The notes: generated by a model from the letters alone, not told the origin. Positions 46,498-57,683 are shown, counted from the first letter of the stretch. The stretch: 64,000 nucleotides of DNA from an uncultured Gemmatimonadales bacterium (GCA_963823035.1 CAWGKG010000014.1:1-64000), one strand, 5' to 3'. A program made the numbers and translations.

Positions 46498-47388
46498 TCA
46501 TCGGTCCGCGAGCGCGGGACGGTCGGAATCGGGATCGAGTCGCCCCCACGGCACGGAGGCGTCGTGCTGGAAGATCAGCAGCCACGCCTCGGCGCGGGCG
46601 CGCCGCCAGAGGGCCCGCTTGGATTCCAGCGTGACCAGAGGCTCGAGGTCGTAGCCCATGATCCACGGGAGCGGGACGTGGGCCGCCGTCGGACAGACGT
46701 CCGCGAGGAAGCAGGCGACCTCCCCGTCGCTCTCGATCAGGACGGAGTGGTGCCAGGGGGTGTGGCCCGGCGTGTGCACCACACGCACCCCTTCGGTGAC
46801 GGACGCGTCGCCCTCGACGGGGTCCCACAGGCCGGCGTCGGCGACCGGGTCGATGTTGTGCAGGAGGTAGCTCGCGCGGATGCGCTCGTTCTGCGAGTGG
46901 GCGAAGTCGAGCTCCCCCTTCTGCACCACGTGCCGGGCACGGGGGAAGGAGGGCACGATCCGGCCGTCCGGGAGCAGGCGGGTGTCCCCACCCGCGTGGT
47001 CGAAGTGCAGGTGCGTGTTCAAGACGATGTCGACGTCGTCCGGCTGGAAGCCCGCAGCCCGTATCGCGTCCTCCAGGCGCGTGGGATCGCCCGCGTTGGC
47101 GACGCCGAAGGTGTCGCGGAACTTCGGGTCCTCCTTGTTGCCGATGCCCGTGTCCACGAGCACGAGCGCGCCGGGTGCCTCGATCAGGAGGCAGCGCAGA
47201 GCCAGCGGGATGCGGTTGCGCTCGTCGGCGGGGATGCGCCGCTGCCAGAGTGGCTTCGGCACCACGCCGAACATCGCGCCGCCGTCCAGCCACGCCAGGC
47301 CGGCCTCGAGCGCGTGCACGCGGATGCGCCCGACCCGCTCGGAGCGGACGAGCGGGAGGTCGTCGGCCGAAGTCGGGAGCGGGGTCAC
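46498..47388 (-). CDS. MBL-fold metallo-hydrolase (YtnP-like)
   Basis: LDGGAMFGVVPK, THLHFDHAGG, PGHT. Confidence 0.9.
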   Translation of the reverse strand: MTPLPTSADDLPLVRSERVGRIRVHALEAGLAWLDGGAMFGVVPKPLWQRRIPADERNRIPLALRCLLIEAPGALVLVDTGIGNKEDPKFRDTFGVANAGDPTRLEDAIRAAGFQPDDVDIVLNTHLHFDHAGGDTRLLPDGRIVPSFPRARHVVQKGELDFAHSQNERIRASYLLHNIDPVADAGLWDPVEGDASVTEGVRVVHTPGHTPWHHSVLIESDGEVACFLADVCPTAAHVPLPWIMGYDLEPLVTLESKRALWRRARAEAWLLIFQHDASVPWGRLDPDSDRPALADR

Positions 47389-48263
47389 GACGCCTCCTTC
47401 TCGGCCCGCGAGGGCCCGTCCCCGGAGAGGGGTAGCGTCGTCTGGCGCGGATCGCGGCGGCCGCGCCGTCGGCTTCGCCGCCGGAGATACCACTCGAGGG
47501 AGGCGACGTCGTCCAGTCCCCGCCCGCGGGCCTCGTCGAGGAGGCGGAGGAGGACCCGGGCGGTCGCCAGCGCGTCGCCGTACGCCCTGTGGCGCCCGTG
47601 GATGTCGACGCCGAAGTGGCGGCTCACGACGTCGAGGTTCCGGTGGCGCAAGCCGGGCACAAGGCGGCGCACCATGCGCACCGTGCACATGCGCACGAGC
47701 TGCGGGGCGTCGCCCAGCGCACGCGTGAGCTCCGTGGACACGAACGCCCAGTCGAAGGCGACGTTGTGCGCCACGAACACCCTTCCCTCCAGGCGGCTCC
47801 GCACCTCGTCCGCGACGTGGTCGAACCAGGGCGCCTGCGCGACCATCTCGTTCGTGATCCCGGTCAGCGCGACGACGCCCGGCGGGATGCGACGACCGGG
47901 GTTCAGGAGCGTCTGGTACTCGTCGACGATGCGGCCGCCCCGCACCTCGACGATCGCGATCTCCGTCATGCGGTGGCCCCAGTCCTGGCCCCCCCCGGTG
48001 GTCTCGACGTCGACCACGGCGAAGCCGACCTCGTCGAGCGAGCGGCCCAGGGGCGCGAGGTCGGGGTCGAGGCTCCAGACGCCGTCTGCGTCGACGCGGA
48101 AGCGACGGTCGGCACCCAGGAGCTGGAAGATGGCCGCCGAGGCGGCGCCCGGATGGCCGCTCAGTCCGAGGACGTCGCGCGCCAACTCCAGCGTGTGAAC
48201 CGGTCCAGCGATGAGCCGCTTCTCGGCGGCACGGACCAGAGAGCCGGACCCGCCTCCCGTCAC
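47385..48263 (-). CDS. DEDDh 3'-5' exonuclease (DnaQ-like)
   Basis: VVDVETTG, AHNVAFD, HRAYGDA. Confidence 0.9.
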   Translation of the reverse strand: MTGGGSGSLVRAAEKRLIAGPVHTLELARDVLGLSGHPGAASAAIFQLLGADRRFRVDADGVWSLDPDLAPLGRSLDEVGFAVVDVETTGGGQDWGHRMTEIAIVEVRGGRIVDEYQTLLNPGRRIPPGVVALTGITNEMVAQAPWFDHVADEVRSRLEGRVFVAHNVAFDWAFVSTELTRALGDAPQLVRMCTVRMVRRLVPGLRHRNLDVVSRHFGVDIHGRHRAYGDALATARVLLRLLDEARGRGLDDVASLEWYLRRRSRRRGRRDPRQTTLPLSGDGPSRAEKEAS

Positions 48264-48910
48264 ACCGACGTCTCGGCGCCTTGCGTGATGGCGAAGGAGA
48301 GCGCCTCCAACTCCATGACGAGGTTCACGTCGGCGACGGCGACGTCGGGCGGCACGCGCAGCTGCACGGCGGCGAAGTTCATCAGGCCGCGGGCGCCCGC
48401 GGCGACGGCGCGGTCCGCGAGGTACTGGGCGGCCTCGGGGGGCACGGCGAGCACCACGAGGCTCACGCCGAGCGTGCGGATGACCTCTTCGAGGTCCTGC
48501 GCGGGGCGGATGGGTACCTCCCCCCAGCACCGCCCGATCTTCTCCGGGTCGGTGTCCAGGATGGCCACGCAGTCATAGCCCCGGGCGGCGAAGTTCGGAT
48601 ACTCGAAGAGCGCGGAGCCGATTCGGCCGGCGCCGACGAGCGCCACCCGCCAGCGCACGTCCACGCCGAGGATGTGCCGGAGGCTCCTCGCCAGTTCGGG
48701 AACACGATAGCCCAGCCCGCGCTTTCCGAACGACCCGAACTGCGAAAGGTCCTTGCGGACGTGCGCGGCCGTAGTGCCTCCACGCTCCGCGAGCTCCTCG
48801 CTCGAGACCGTGGAAACGCCGTCGCCCTCCATCTTCTCCAGAGCGCGGAGGTAGTGGGAGAGCCTTCGGATCGTGGATTCTGAGACGCGGCGAGGCACGG
48901 CAAAGCTCAT
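48260..48910 (-). CDS. rex: Redox-sensing transcriptional repressor Rex
   Basis: RRLSHY, SSEELA, VRKDLSQFG.FGKRGLGY, VGAGRIG, NFA. Confidence 0.95.
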   Translation of the reverse strand: MSFAVPRRVSESTIRRLSHYLRALEKMEGDGVSTVSSEELAERGGTTAAHVRKDLSQFGSFGKRGLGYRVPELARSLRHILGVDVRWRVALVGAGRIGSALFEYPNFAARGYDCVAILDTDPEKIGRCWGEVPIRPAQDLEEVIRTLGVSLVVLAVPPEAAQYLADRAVAAGARGLMNFAAVQLRVPPDVAVADVNLVMELEALSFAITQGAETSV

Positions 48911-48943
48911 ACGTTCTGGCCGGGGTCCCCCGGTCAGCAGGGC

Positions 48944-48961
48944 TTGTGAAAAGCTTCACAA
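48944..48961. promoter_or_regulatory. Rex operator
   Basis: TTGTGAA-AAGC-TTCACAA, exact match to TTGTGAA-N4-TTCACAA, 33 bp upstream of rex. Confidence 0.9.
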
Positions 48962-48980
48962 TCATAGGCCGCACGCTGGG

Positions 48981-49791
48981 TCACGGCAATGCGTCGGCGA
49001 GGCGCACGAAGGACATCCGGGGCGAGGCGCTCGGGGCGGTCCGTGGGATCGATGCCCATGCCCCGCAACACGTCCGCGATCGTGTCGGGTGGCACGCGCA
49101 ACTCCGGGTGGTCGCGCAGGATCTTGCCAAGCTGCTTCCGCCGCCACTGGAAGGCGGCGCGCACCAGCCGGCGCAGACGTGCCTCCTGCTCGGGCGTGAG
49201 AGGCTCAGGAGCGATCGGCTCGATGCGCACGACCGCGGAATCCACGCGCGGCACCGGCCGGAACGCCTTGCGGCCCACGCGGAAGAGCCGCTCGGCGCGC
49301 GCGACGCTGCGCACACCGACGGCCAGGGCGCCGTAGGCGGAGGTCCCTTCCGACGCCACGATGCGGTCAGCCACCTCCTCCTGGACCATCAGCACGATCA
49401 CGCGCGGCCGGGGTCGCTCGAGCAGCCGGAAGAGGATCGGCGTCGTGATGTTGTAGGGGATGTTGCCCACGACGCGCAGCGCGTCCGGACGGCGGACGTG
49501 CTCCTCGAGCGACACGTTCAGCACATCCGCGTGCACCACCTCCACGTCGTCGCGGCCGGCGTATTCGTCCGCGAGACTGGCGGCGAGGTCGTCGTCGAGC
49601 TCCACGAGCACCAGACGGCCGACCTTTCCCACGAGGTGCCGGGTGAGGGCGCCGCGCCCCGGGCCGATCTCCATCACCTCGTCCTCCGGGCCGGCGCCCA
49701 CCGCCGCGACGATCTTGCGCTGGAGGTTGCGGTCGACGAGGAAGTTCTGGCCGAGCGAGCGCTTGGCCCGATGGCGGGGAGGACCGCCCAT
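48981..49791 (-). CDS. rsmA: 16S rRNA dimethyladenosine transferase (frameshift near the 3' end)
   Basis: KRSLGQNFL, EIGPGRG, NIPYNI, FRPVPRVDS. Confidence 0.94.
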
Positions 49792-49799
49792 ACGCTCCT

Positions 49800-51387
49800 T
49801 CAGGGGGTACGCACGACGAGCGCGGTGCGGTCGTCGCCGCGGATGGGCGGATCGGCCGCGATGGTGAGGTCGAAGAGCTCGTCCACGATGAGGCGCACCG
49901 GGCTCTCCCGGAGCGCGAGGACGGTCTCGAGGACACGTTGCTCCCCGTCCCCCCGGCCCTTGGAGGCGAGCACGTCCGAGAGCCCGTCCGTGAAGAGGAG
50001 GAGGAGGTCCTCGCCGGGCTCCCACGGCACCTCCACCTCGCCGAAAGCGTCCGGCCCGGCGAAGCCGACCGGTGGATCCGTGGCCGTCAGTCGGACCGGA
50101 GCCTCGTCCCGGTGCAGGACGAAGGCGTGCGGATGCCCCGCGTTGGAGTAGACGAGGCGCTTGCGGGCCGGGTCGAGGACGCCGTAGAAGACGGTGAGGA
50201 ACATCTCCGTGGTCTCGAGCTCCTCGGCCAGCGCATCGTCGAGTCCACGCAGCACCTTGGCGGGGGAGTCGTGCTCTCGCGCGTAGATCCCGGCCGCGCT
50301 CATCGACAGCGTCATGATGAGCGCGGAGGGAAAGCCGTGCAGCGACACGTCGCCGAGCATCACCCCCACCTTCCCCTCGGAGAGGCGGAAGAGCTGGTAG
50401 AAGTCGCCCCCGACCTGCTCGGCGGGAGACACGCGCGCCGCGGCCTCCGCCCCGGTGAAGCGCTCGGCCACGGGGAGGAGCTTCTGCTGGAGGTCGTGGG
50501 CCAGCTCCATCTCCCGGCCCATCCGCTCCTTGGACACGCTCTCCTCGTGAAGGCGCTTGTTCTCGAGCGCCGAGCCGACCTGCGAGGCGATCGCAGCCAG
50601 GAGCTTCTGGTCCGCGGCCGTGTAGCGCTCGTCCGCACGCCGTCCGATCAGGTTCATCACGCCGAGCGTGCGGGCCTCCCCCGAAGGCGGCGTGTACCGG
50701 ATCGGCACCGAGAGGAAGGAGTCGCCACGCTGGCCGCGCTCCCGCTCATCGGGCGTGGGCGCGCGCGAGGCGATCACCGCGCGCTGCTCCCGGAACACCA
50801 ACGACGTGACCGCGTCCGGGTCGTCCACGGGGATGGGACCGTCGATGCCCTCGCCCCCGACGGCAGCCGTCAGGTGCAGGCTCTCGTCGTCGTCGTGGTA
50901 GAGCCAGAGGGAGCCCCGCCTGGAGCCCATCACGTCGCACACCTCGCGCAGGATCACGCGGGCGGCGTCGTCCATGTGCAGGATCGAGCCCAGCGTCTCG
51001 CTGATGGAGTAGAGGAGGTGGATCTCCTCGTACCTCTCGGAGAGCTCGACCGTGAAGAAGCGCATCTCGCGCGCCGTCTCGTAGCCGCGCTCGATCGAGC
51101 GGGCCAGCACGGTCGCGACGGCGTCGACGGTGTCGTCGCGCGAGCAGGAGATCTCGAGGTCGAAGGGCTCGGCGGCGCGGGGCGTGACCGGCACGCGCGT
51201 GCACGCATCACCGTTCCCGTCGGCGCGGACGCCCTCGGTGCGGTAGAGGATCCGGGGGGCGGCACCCGGCTCGGATGGGAGGGGCGACGAGCCTGAGCTC
51301 GAGGTCGAACGCCTTCTCGAAATCCCGCAGGGTCCGCTGAACCGGATCCGGCACCGTCCCGGGGACGAGCCGATCCGGGCTCATCAT
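49800..51387 (-). CDS. GAF plus SpoIIE/PP2C phosphatase (RsbU-like; frameshifts near the 5' end)
   Basis: VGGDFY, GDVSLHG, NAGH, FTDGL, DDRT. Confidence 0.85.
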
Positions 51388-51869
51388 GCCTGAGCGCCAC
51401 CTTCCAGTGCAGGGGTCGCCGTTCCCAGACGGAGTACGAGCGTGACCTCGTTGCCACGGTCGTTGAACGAGACTTCGTCGAGTAGCTGCCGCATCAGGAA
51501 GAGCCCACGCCCGCCGGCCTTGACGAGGTTCTCGGGGGTCGTGGGATCCGGCACGGCCGCAGGGTCGAAGCCGGTTCCCTGATCCGTGACGCGTGCCTTG
51601 ATCTCACCCTGGGCGAGGGTCACCTCGACGCGCACGCGCTTGGTCGGGTCGTGCCCGTTCCCGTACATCATCGCGTTGGAGAGCGCTTCGGTGAGGCCGA
51701 CCCGGAAGTTCAGGCGGAGTCGGTGCGCCTCGCGGTCACATGCCTGACAACGTCGGACGACGTATTCGACGGCATGTTCGATGGATCGGACGTCTGTTGG
51801 CAACTCGAGGACGAGATCGTTCTCCATACGGCTCCCGAGGTTCACGAGACGCGCTTCGGCGATGGGCAT
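51384..51869 (-). CDS. Anti-sigma factor Ser kinase (RsbW-like)
   Basis: EALSNAMMYGN, DQGTGFD, GGRGLFLM. Confidence 0.88.
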   Translation of the reverse strand: MPIAEARLVNLGSRMENDLVLELPTDVRSIEHAVEYVVRRCQACDREAHRLRLNFRVGLTEALSNAMMYGNGHDPTKRVRVEVTLAQGEIKARVTDQGTGFDPAAVPDPTTPENLVKAGGRGLFLMRQLLDEVSFNDRGNEVTLVLRLGTATPALEGGAQA

Positions 51870-51876
51870 CGAGGGC

Positions 51877-52209
51877 TCAGAACCCCTCGAGCGCTTGCTC
51901 CTTCGTATCCGTGATCCTGAACAGCGTATCGAGCTTGGTCAGCTCGAACAGGGTCCTCAGATCCTCGTTCAGGCTGGAGAGGCGGAGCTCCCCGCCCTGC
52001 TCGCGGATCTTCTTCGAGAGGCTCACCAGGACCCCCAACCCCGAAGAATCGATATAGCCGGTGTTGGAGAAGTCGATGACGAACTTGCGGTCGCCACCTT
52101 CCAGGTGCTCCAGCACCTTCTGTTTGAGCTCCTGCCGGTTCCCGACGATGAGCTGCCCTTCGACCTCGACGAGTGTGACGCCGCCGTTCCGCGACACCTG
52201 AAAGCCCAT
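51877..52209 (-). CDS. STAS anti-anti-sigma factor (RsbV-like)
   Basis: YIDSSGLGVL. Confidence 0.92.
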   Translation of the reverse strand: MGFQVSRNGGVTLVEVEGQLIVGNRQELKQKVLEHLEGGDRKFVIDFSNTGYIDSSGLGVLVSLSKKIREQGGELRLSSLNEDLRTLFELTKLDTLFRITDTKEQALEGF

Positions 52210-52292
52210 GGATTCGTTGCTCCCGTGGATCGGATTCGGGTGCGGGTGCCGCGCTCGCAGGCATGCGACATCCCAGCCGGGACAGCCTGTTA

Positions 52293-52322
52293 ATGATAAG
52301 CGGGGAACAAATGTCTGGGCAA
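52293..52322 (-). promoter_or_regulatory. Putative sigma70 promoter of the STAS operon
   Basis: TTGCCC-N18-TATCAT in an AT-rich patch. Confidence 0.5.
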
Positions 52323-52352
52323 GCGCCCATCCCCCCCGGACCGCACGGAACG

Positions 52353-52853
52353 TCAGCGGCCCAGCTTTTCGTTCAACCTCAAAGCAACCACGGGGGACAC
52401 GAAGCGTGCGACGTCGCCCCCGAGGCTCGCGACCTCACGCACGAGCGAGGAGGAGAGGAAGGAGTAGTCCACCTCGGGTGCCAGGAAGACGGATTCGAGC
52501 TCCGGCCAGAGCTCCCGGTTCATCTGCGCCATCTGCAACTCGTACTCGAAATCCGATACGGCGCGCAGGCCGCGGATGACCAGGTGTGCGCCCCGGGAGC
52601 GCGCGAAATCGACCAGCAACCCCTGGAACGCCAGGGCCTCGACCCGTGGCTCGTCGGCGAAGACGCTCCGGATCATTTCCACCCGCTCCTCGACCTGGAA
52701 GAGGCTCTTCTTCGACTGCGAGGAGGTGTGGGCCACCGCCATGACCAGCCGATCGGCGATGCGCAGCGTGCGCCGGGCGATGTCCTCGTGGCCTCGGGTG
52801 ATCGGGTCGAAGGAGCCCGGGTAGATGGCGACGAGGCTCTGCGTGACCGTCAT
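52353..52853 (-). CDS. coaD: Phosphopantetheine adenylyltransferase
   Basis: YPGSFDPITRGH, RGLRAVSDFEYE. Confidence 0.96.
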   Translation of the reverse strand: MTVTQSLVAIYPGSFDPITRGHEDIARRTLRIADRLVMAVAHTSSQSKKSLFQVEERVEMIRSVFADEPRVEALAFQGLLVDFARSRGAHLVIRGLRAVSDFEYELQMAQMNRELWPELESVFLAPEVDYSFLSSSLVREVASLGGDVARFVSPVVALRLNEKLGR

Positions 52854-53377
52854 GTTGGCGCCAGGATGAGGGTGAGGGCGCTGTCCCCGTAGCGACGCGT
52901 GCGATCGTCGGGACCGGAGGGGAGCGATTCACGCGAAGGATGCTCGACCCACAGCTCGCGCGCAAACGGCCGCGCGAGAAAGGCTTCGACGAGTCGGGCC
53001 GCGTCACCGGTGCCGTAGGGTGGGTCCGCCAGCGCCACGTCGAAGCCTTCCGCCTCCTCGCGGCGCAGCCAGCGGAAGACATCGTTCGCTACCACGCGGG
53101 TCCGGTCGCGCGCGTCGAGGAGGGCGATGTTCTCCTCCAGGATCGTCAACGACGCCCGGGCACGCTCGACGAAGACGACGCGGTCCGCGCCCCGACTCAG
53201 CGTCTCCAGGCCGAGCGCGCCCGAGCCGGCGAAGAGGTCGAGGACGGCGAGGCCGTCCATCCGCCCGCCCATCGCCGACATCCACGCCTCGCGGACGCGG
53301 TCCGTGGTGGGGCGGATCCCCCGACCCCTGAGCGCCTTCAGGCGTCGGCCTCGCCACGAGCCGCCGATGATCCTCAC
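52850..53377 (-). CDS. rsmD: 16S rRNA m2G966 methyltransferase
   Basis: RIIGG, RPTTDRVRE, DLFAGSGALG, DPPY. Confidence 0.93.
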   Translation of the reverse strand: MRIIGGSWRGRRLKALRGRGIRPTTDRVREAWMSAMGGRMDGLAVLDLFAGSGALGLETLSRGADRVVFVERARASLTILEENIALLDARDRTRVVANDVFRWLRREEAEGFDVALADPPYGTGDAARLVEAFLARPFARELWVEHPSRESLPSGPDDRTRRYGDSALTLILAPT

Positions 53378-55098
53378 GGCGCTTCCCCGGAGGTGGGGCG
53401 CAGGTCCAGGATACGCGCCTGCGGGCGTGCGACGCCGCGCCATTCGTTGCGCTCGAGCTTGAGGAGGACGTCGTGCAAGCCGGTGTTCAGCGCCGCCACC
53501 GGGTGGCGATCCGCAAGCCCGAAGCCGATCCCGTCGAGGGCGCCCGTGCCCGCGTGGATGGACACCTTGAGGTGGGTGTCCTTGAGCACGCGGGCCCGGT
53601 CCAGGCGCACGCCGCGGGCGAGGAAGACCGGGCGCGCGTTGCCGATGCCGTGCGGGCCCAGGTAGTCGAGCCAGTGCAGGAGCCCGAGGTCCACCTCGGC
53701 GAGGTCGATCTCGAGGTCGGCGCGCAGCACGGGCTGGAGGTCGTCGGGGAGGAGCCTGCCGCGGGCCTCGGCGTTGAAGGCCCGCCGTAGCGCGGGCACG
53801 GAGGCGCGCGCCACGTCCATCCCGGCGGCCTGGCTGTGGCCGCCGAAGCGCCCCATGTGCTCCCGGCACGCGGCGAGCGCGTCGTAGAGGTGGAAGCCCG
53901 GGATCGAGCGGGCGCTCCCGCGCCCCTTCTCCCCGTCGAGCGCCACGAGCACGGTCGGGCGATGGATGCGCTCGACGACACGGGACGCCACGATCCCGAT
54001 CACGCCGGGGTGCCACCCCTCGGCGGCGAGCACCACGCCGTAGTCCCGATCCGCGTCGTAGTCGCGCTCGAGCAGCTCGAGCGCCTCGCCGAGCGTGCGC
54101 CGGTCCTCATCCTGGCGGGCGCGGTTGATCGCGTCGAGCTGGCCGGCCAGTCTGGCGGCCTCGTCCGGGTCGTCGGTGAGCAGAAGGCGGAGCGCGTCGG
54201 CCGACTCCCCGATCCGTCCGGCCGCGTTGATGCGCGGCGCGACCACGAAGCCGAGTTGCCCCGCGGTGACGGAGCCCGCGTCGACCGCCGCCGCCTCGAG
54301 GAGCGCGCGCACCCCCGTGACGCTGGAGTGCGCGAAGCGGCGCAGGCCGAACTTCACCAGCACACGGTTCTCGCCGCGGAGGGGGACCAGGTCCGCCACG
54401 GTCGCGAGCGCGACCAGATCGAGCAGGGCGTGCACTTCGTCGGCATCGGCGCCGAGCGCGCGAGCCACCAGCTCGGCGAGCTTGAAGGCGAGCGCCGTCC
54501 CGCACAGCCCCTTATCGGGGTACGCGCACTCCGGGCGATGGGGGTTCACGAACGCGAGGGCCGGAGGTGGTGTGGGGCCCACGGTGTGATGGTCCGTGAC
54601 GATGACGTCGATCCCCAGGTCGCGCGCGCGGGCGAGCGGCTCGTGCGCGACCGTGCCGCAGTCGGCCGTGACGATCAGGGACGCGCGGGCGTCGAGGGCG
54701 GCCCGCAGCCCCGCCTCCGAGAGGTCGTAGCCGTCGCGCAAGCGGTGCGGAACGAACGGCGTGACGTGGGCCCCGCGCCCCCGCAGGAAGCGGGTCAGCA
54801 GCGCGGTCGCGCAGATGCCGTCGACGTCGTAGTCGCCGTGCACGAGGATCGACTCCCCTTCACGCACGGCGCGCGCCACGCGCTCCGCGGCGGCCGGTCC
54901 ATCGGCCAGGAGCGCGGGGTCGTGCAGGTGGGTCAGGAGGGGTCGGAGGAAGCGCTTCGCGGACTCCGGGTCCGCGTGGCCGCGGCCGGCCAGCACCGCG
55001 CAGACGGCGGCGGGAAGGCGCAGCGCCTCCGTGAGCGCCGCGACCACGGCCGTGTCGTGCCGCGGCGGCGCCTCCCAGCGGGGTCGCAGGGGCGTCAG
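53374..55098 (-). CDS. recJ: ssDNA-specific exonuclease RecJ (start approximate)
   Basis: GDYDVDG, DCG, TDHH, PRINAAGR, GSARS, GGH. Confidence 0.94.
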   Translation of the reverse strand: MTPLRPRWEAPPRHDTAVVAALTEALRLPAAVCAVLAGRGHADPESAKRFLRPLLTHLHDPALLADGPAAAERVARAVREGESILVHGDYDVDGICATALLTRFLRGRGAHVTPFVPHRLRDGYDLSEAGLRAALDARASLIVTADCGTVAHEPLARARDLGIDVIVTDHHTVGPTPPPALAFVNPHRPECAYPDKGLCGTALAFKLAELVARALGADADEVHALLDLVALATVADLVPLRGENRVLVKFGLRRFAHSSVTGVRALLEAAAVDAGSVTAGQLGFVVAPRINAAGRIGESADALRLLLTDDPDEAARLAGQLDAINRARQDEDRRTLGEALELLERDYDADRDYGVVLAAEGWHPGVIGIVASRVVERIHRPTVLVALDGEKGRGSARSIPGFHLYDALAACREHMGRFGGHSQAAGMDVARASVPALRRAFNAEARGRLLPDDLQPVLRADLEIDLAEVDLGLLHWLDYLGPHGIGNARPVFLARGVRLDRARVLKDTHLKVSIHAGTGALDGIGFGLADRHPVAALNTGLHDVLLKLERNEWRGVARPQARILDLRPTSGEAP

Positions 55099-55124
55099 GG
55101 CGGAGGGAGATCCTCCCGCGGCCC

Positions 55125-55871
55125 TCACCCTTCCTCGGGTGCCTCCCCGGGCGCGTCCGGCTCGGAGGGGGCGGCCAGGATCACGCCACAAGCCTCACAG
55201 CGGATCAGCGACGTGCCGTGTCGCACCTCGTTCTGCACCTGGAGCGGGACCATCCCGTAGCAGTGGCCGCACGCGCCGTCATGCGTCAGCTCGGCCACCG
55301 CGCGCCGCCGGCCACCGGACCGGATGCCGTCGTAGAGGCGCACTTCCTTCGGGTCCATCTCCTGGACGAAGCGCTCCCGCTCGTCCGCCAGACCCTGCAG
55401 GTTCGCCTTCGCCGCGTCGCGCTCGGTGACGAGGTCCTTCATGCGGGGCTCGACCACCCCCTGCGCTTCCTTGTAGGCGGCCTCCAGCTCCTCCATCCGC
55501 TCGTCCAGCTTGCGGATCTGGTCGATGAGCGTGTAAGCCTCCTGCTCGTCGCTCTGCAGCGCCCGGCGCACCATGTCGAGCTCCGCGCTGACCGCGGCCT
55601 CCTCACGGAGGTTGCGTACCGATCCCAGGCGGTCCTCGAGGCGCTTGACCCGCGCGCGCTTCTCTTCCGAGGAGGTCTCGAGCTTGCGTTCCTCGAGCTT
55701 CATCTCCTGGAGGCGCTTGCGCGTGTTGCCCACCTCGCCCTCGAGGACCAGGGCCGGCTCCTCCACCTCCGCGAAGAGCGGGTCGAAATCGCGGATGCGC
55801 TGGCGTGCGTCCTCGATCCGGTTGTCGAGTGCCTGAAGCTCCTTGAGTGCCGTACGGGTCTGCTCCGTCAT
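55125..55871 (-). CDS. Coiled-coil plus C4 zinc-ribbon protein (DUF164-like)
   Basis: LQALD..., CGHC...CEAC. Confidence 0.88.
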   Translation of the reverse strand: MTEQTRTALKELQALDNRIEDARQRIRDFDPLFAEVEEPALVLEGEVGNTRKRLQEMKLEERKLETSSEEKRARVKRLEDRLGSVRNLREEAAVSAELDMVRRALQSDEQEAYTLIDQIRKLDERMEELEAAYKEAQGVVEPRMKDLVTERDAAKANLQGLADERERFVQEMDPKEVRLYDGIRSGGRRRAVAELTHDGACGHCYGMVPLQVQNEVRHGTSLIRCEACGVILAAPSEPDAPGEAPEEG

Positions 55872-57683
55872 CGGTCCTGCTGGTTCGGGTTCGGGTCCGC
55901 CCAGCGGCGCTGGGCCGTGGCCTTCCAGTACTCCGGGTCGATGGCCCGAAGCTCTCGCGACAGCCGTTGCTTCTCCACCACGAGCGGCGCCTTCTCGTCG
56001 TCGGTCCCCGCAGCGACGATACGCTGGTGGATCTCCAGCATACGCCGATCGAGGGTGACGGCCCGGATCCGGTTCAGCGCGGCGGTGAACTCCTCCCGCG
56101 CCCGGGCCGTGTCGAACGAGGTACCGAGCAACTCCTCGAGCCGTTGCCGCGAAACCAGGTCCATGCCTGGCGGCGGGCTGCGCAACTCAGGGTCTTCCAG
56201 AAGCGCCTCAAAGATGGCGCGGTAACTGGAATCGTCAAAGTCCGAGGGCGAAAGCCACTCCGCCGCCGAGTCCACGTAGGTCGGGTTCCGGATCATGAGG
56301 AGGAGCAGCGTACGCTCCGAGCTCATCTTGGGGACGAGGGGCGCGGCACGCACGGGCGGCGGGGCCTCCGCGCGTGGACGGGCCGGCCCCGAGGGTGCCT
56401 TGCGAAGCTCCGCCTCGAGCGTCTCCCGGCGCACGCCGGTCCGGTCGGAGACCTTCTTCACGTAGATGTCGCGCAGCGCCGGATCGGTCGTCGCTCGCAC
56501 GGTCGACAGCAGCCGGTCCACGGCCTCGCGCGTGCGTTCGATGCTCGAGAAGAAGTTCCGTTCCTCCAGGATCTGCAGCTTGCGGTCCAGGACGTCGACG
56601 GCGTCGTCGAGGTACCCCTTCAGGGCGCCCGCGCCTTCACCCCGCACGACGGTATCCGGGTCCTCGCCCGGGGGCATCGTCACCACGGCCGGATGCAGTC
56701 CCTCCTCGAGCAGGAGGTCGCCCGCCTTGAACGTGGCCCGGAGCCCGGCGCTGTCGCTGTCGAAGAGGAGGAGGATCCGCTGCGCGTACTTCCCCATGCA
56801 GCTTCGCCTGCTCCGGGGTGAGCGCCGTACCCAACGGCGCCACCACGTTCTCGAAGCCGTGCGCGGCGAGTGACACCACGTCCATGTAGCCCTCCACCAC
56901 GAGCGTGCTCTCCTCGCGGCGGATGGCGTGCCGTGCCCACGACAGCCCGTAGAGCATCTTGCCCTTGTGGTAGATCGGCGACTCGGGGGAGTTGAGGTAC
57001 TTCGCGCCGCCCTTGCCCCCGCTCTCGATGACGCGGCCGCCGAAGGCGACCACCTTCCCGGAGAGCGCCTCGATCGGGAAGATGATCCGCCCGCGGAAGC
57101 GATCGTACGGCTCGGTGGAGCGCTCGCTCGTGGCCAGGAGCCCGACCTCGAGCATGTGTCGCTCGTCGTATCCCGTGTTCACCGCCGCGTCACGCAGCGC
57201 CCGCCACTCGTCGGGGGCCCACCCCAGTCCGAAGCGCTCGGCGATCTCCGCCGTGATCCCGCGGCCCTTCAGGTACGCCTGCGCCGCCGAGCCCGTGGCC
57301 GGATCCAGGAGGCGCTCCCGGAACCACTTCTTCGCGAAGGCGTTCAGCTCGTAGAGCGGCCGAAGCGGGTCCTCCTCCTCGCTCTGGCGAGACACCTCCT
57401 GGACCGCGATCCCCGAGCGGGCGGCCACGTGCTTCACGGCCTCCACGAAGTCGAGCCCGAGCTTCTCCATCACGAACGAGAAGACGTCCCCGGACTTGTG
57501 GCAGCCGAAGCAGGTGTAGAAGCCCTTGTCGGGGACGACGTAGAAGGAGGGCGTCCGTTCCTCGTGGAAGGGGCAGTTCGCCTTGTACTCGCGGCCCGCC
57601 TTCTTCAGCTGGACGAACTCCCCGATCACGTCGACGATGTCGGCGCGCGCCCGGACCTCCTCGACCTGATCGTCGGGGATCAT
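55868..57683 (-). CDS. dnaG: DNA primase (frameshift near 56800)
   Basis: CPFHEERTPSF, CFGC, KYLNSPE, VEGYMD, FDSDSAG. Confidence 0.95.
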
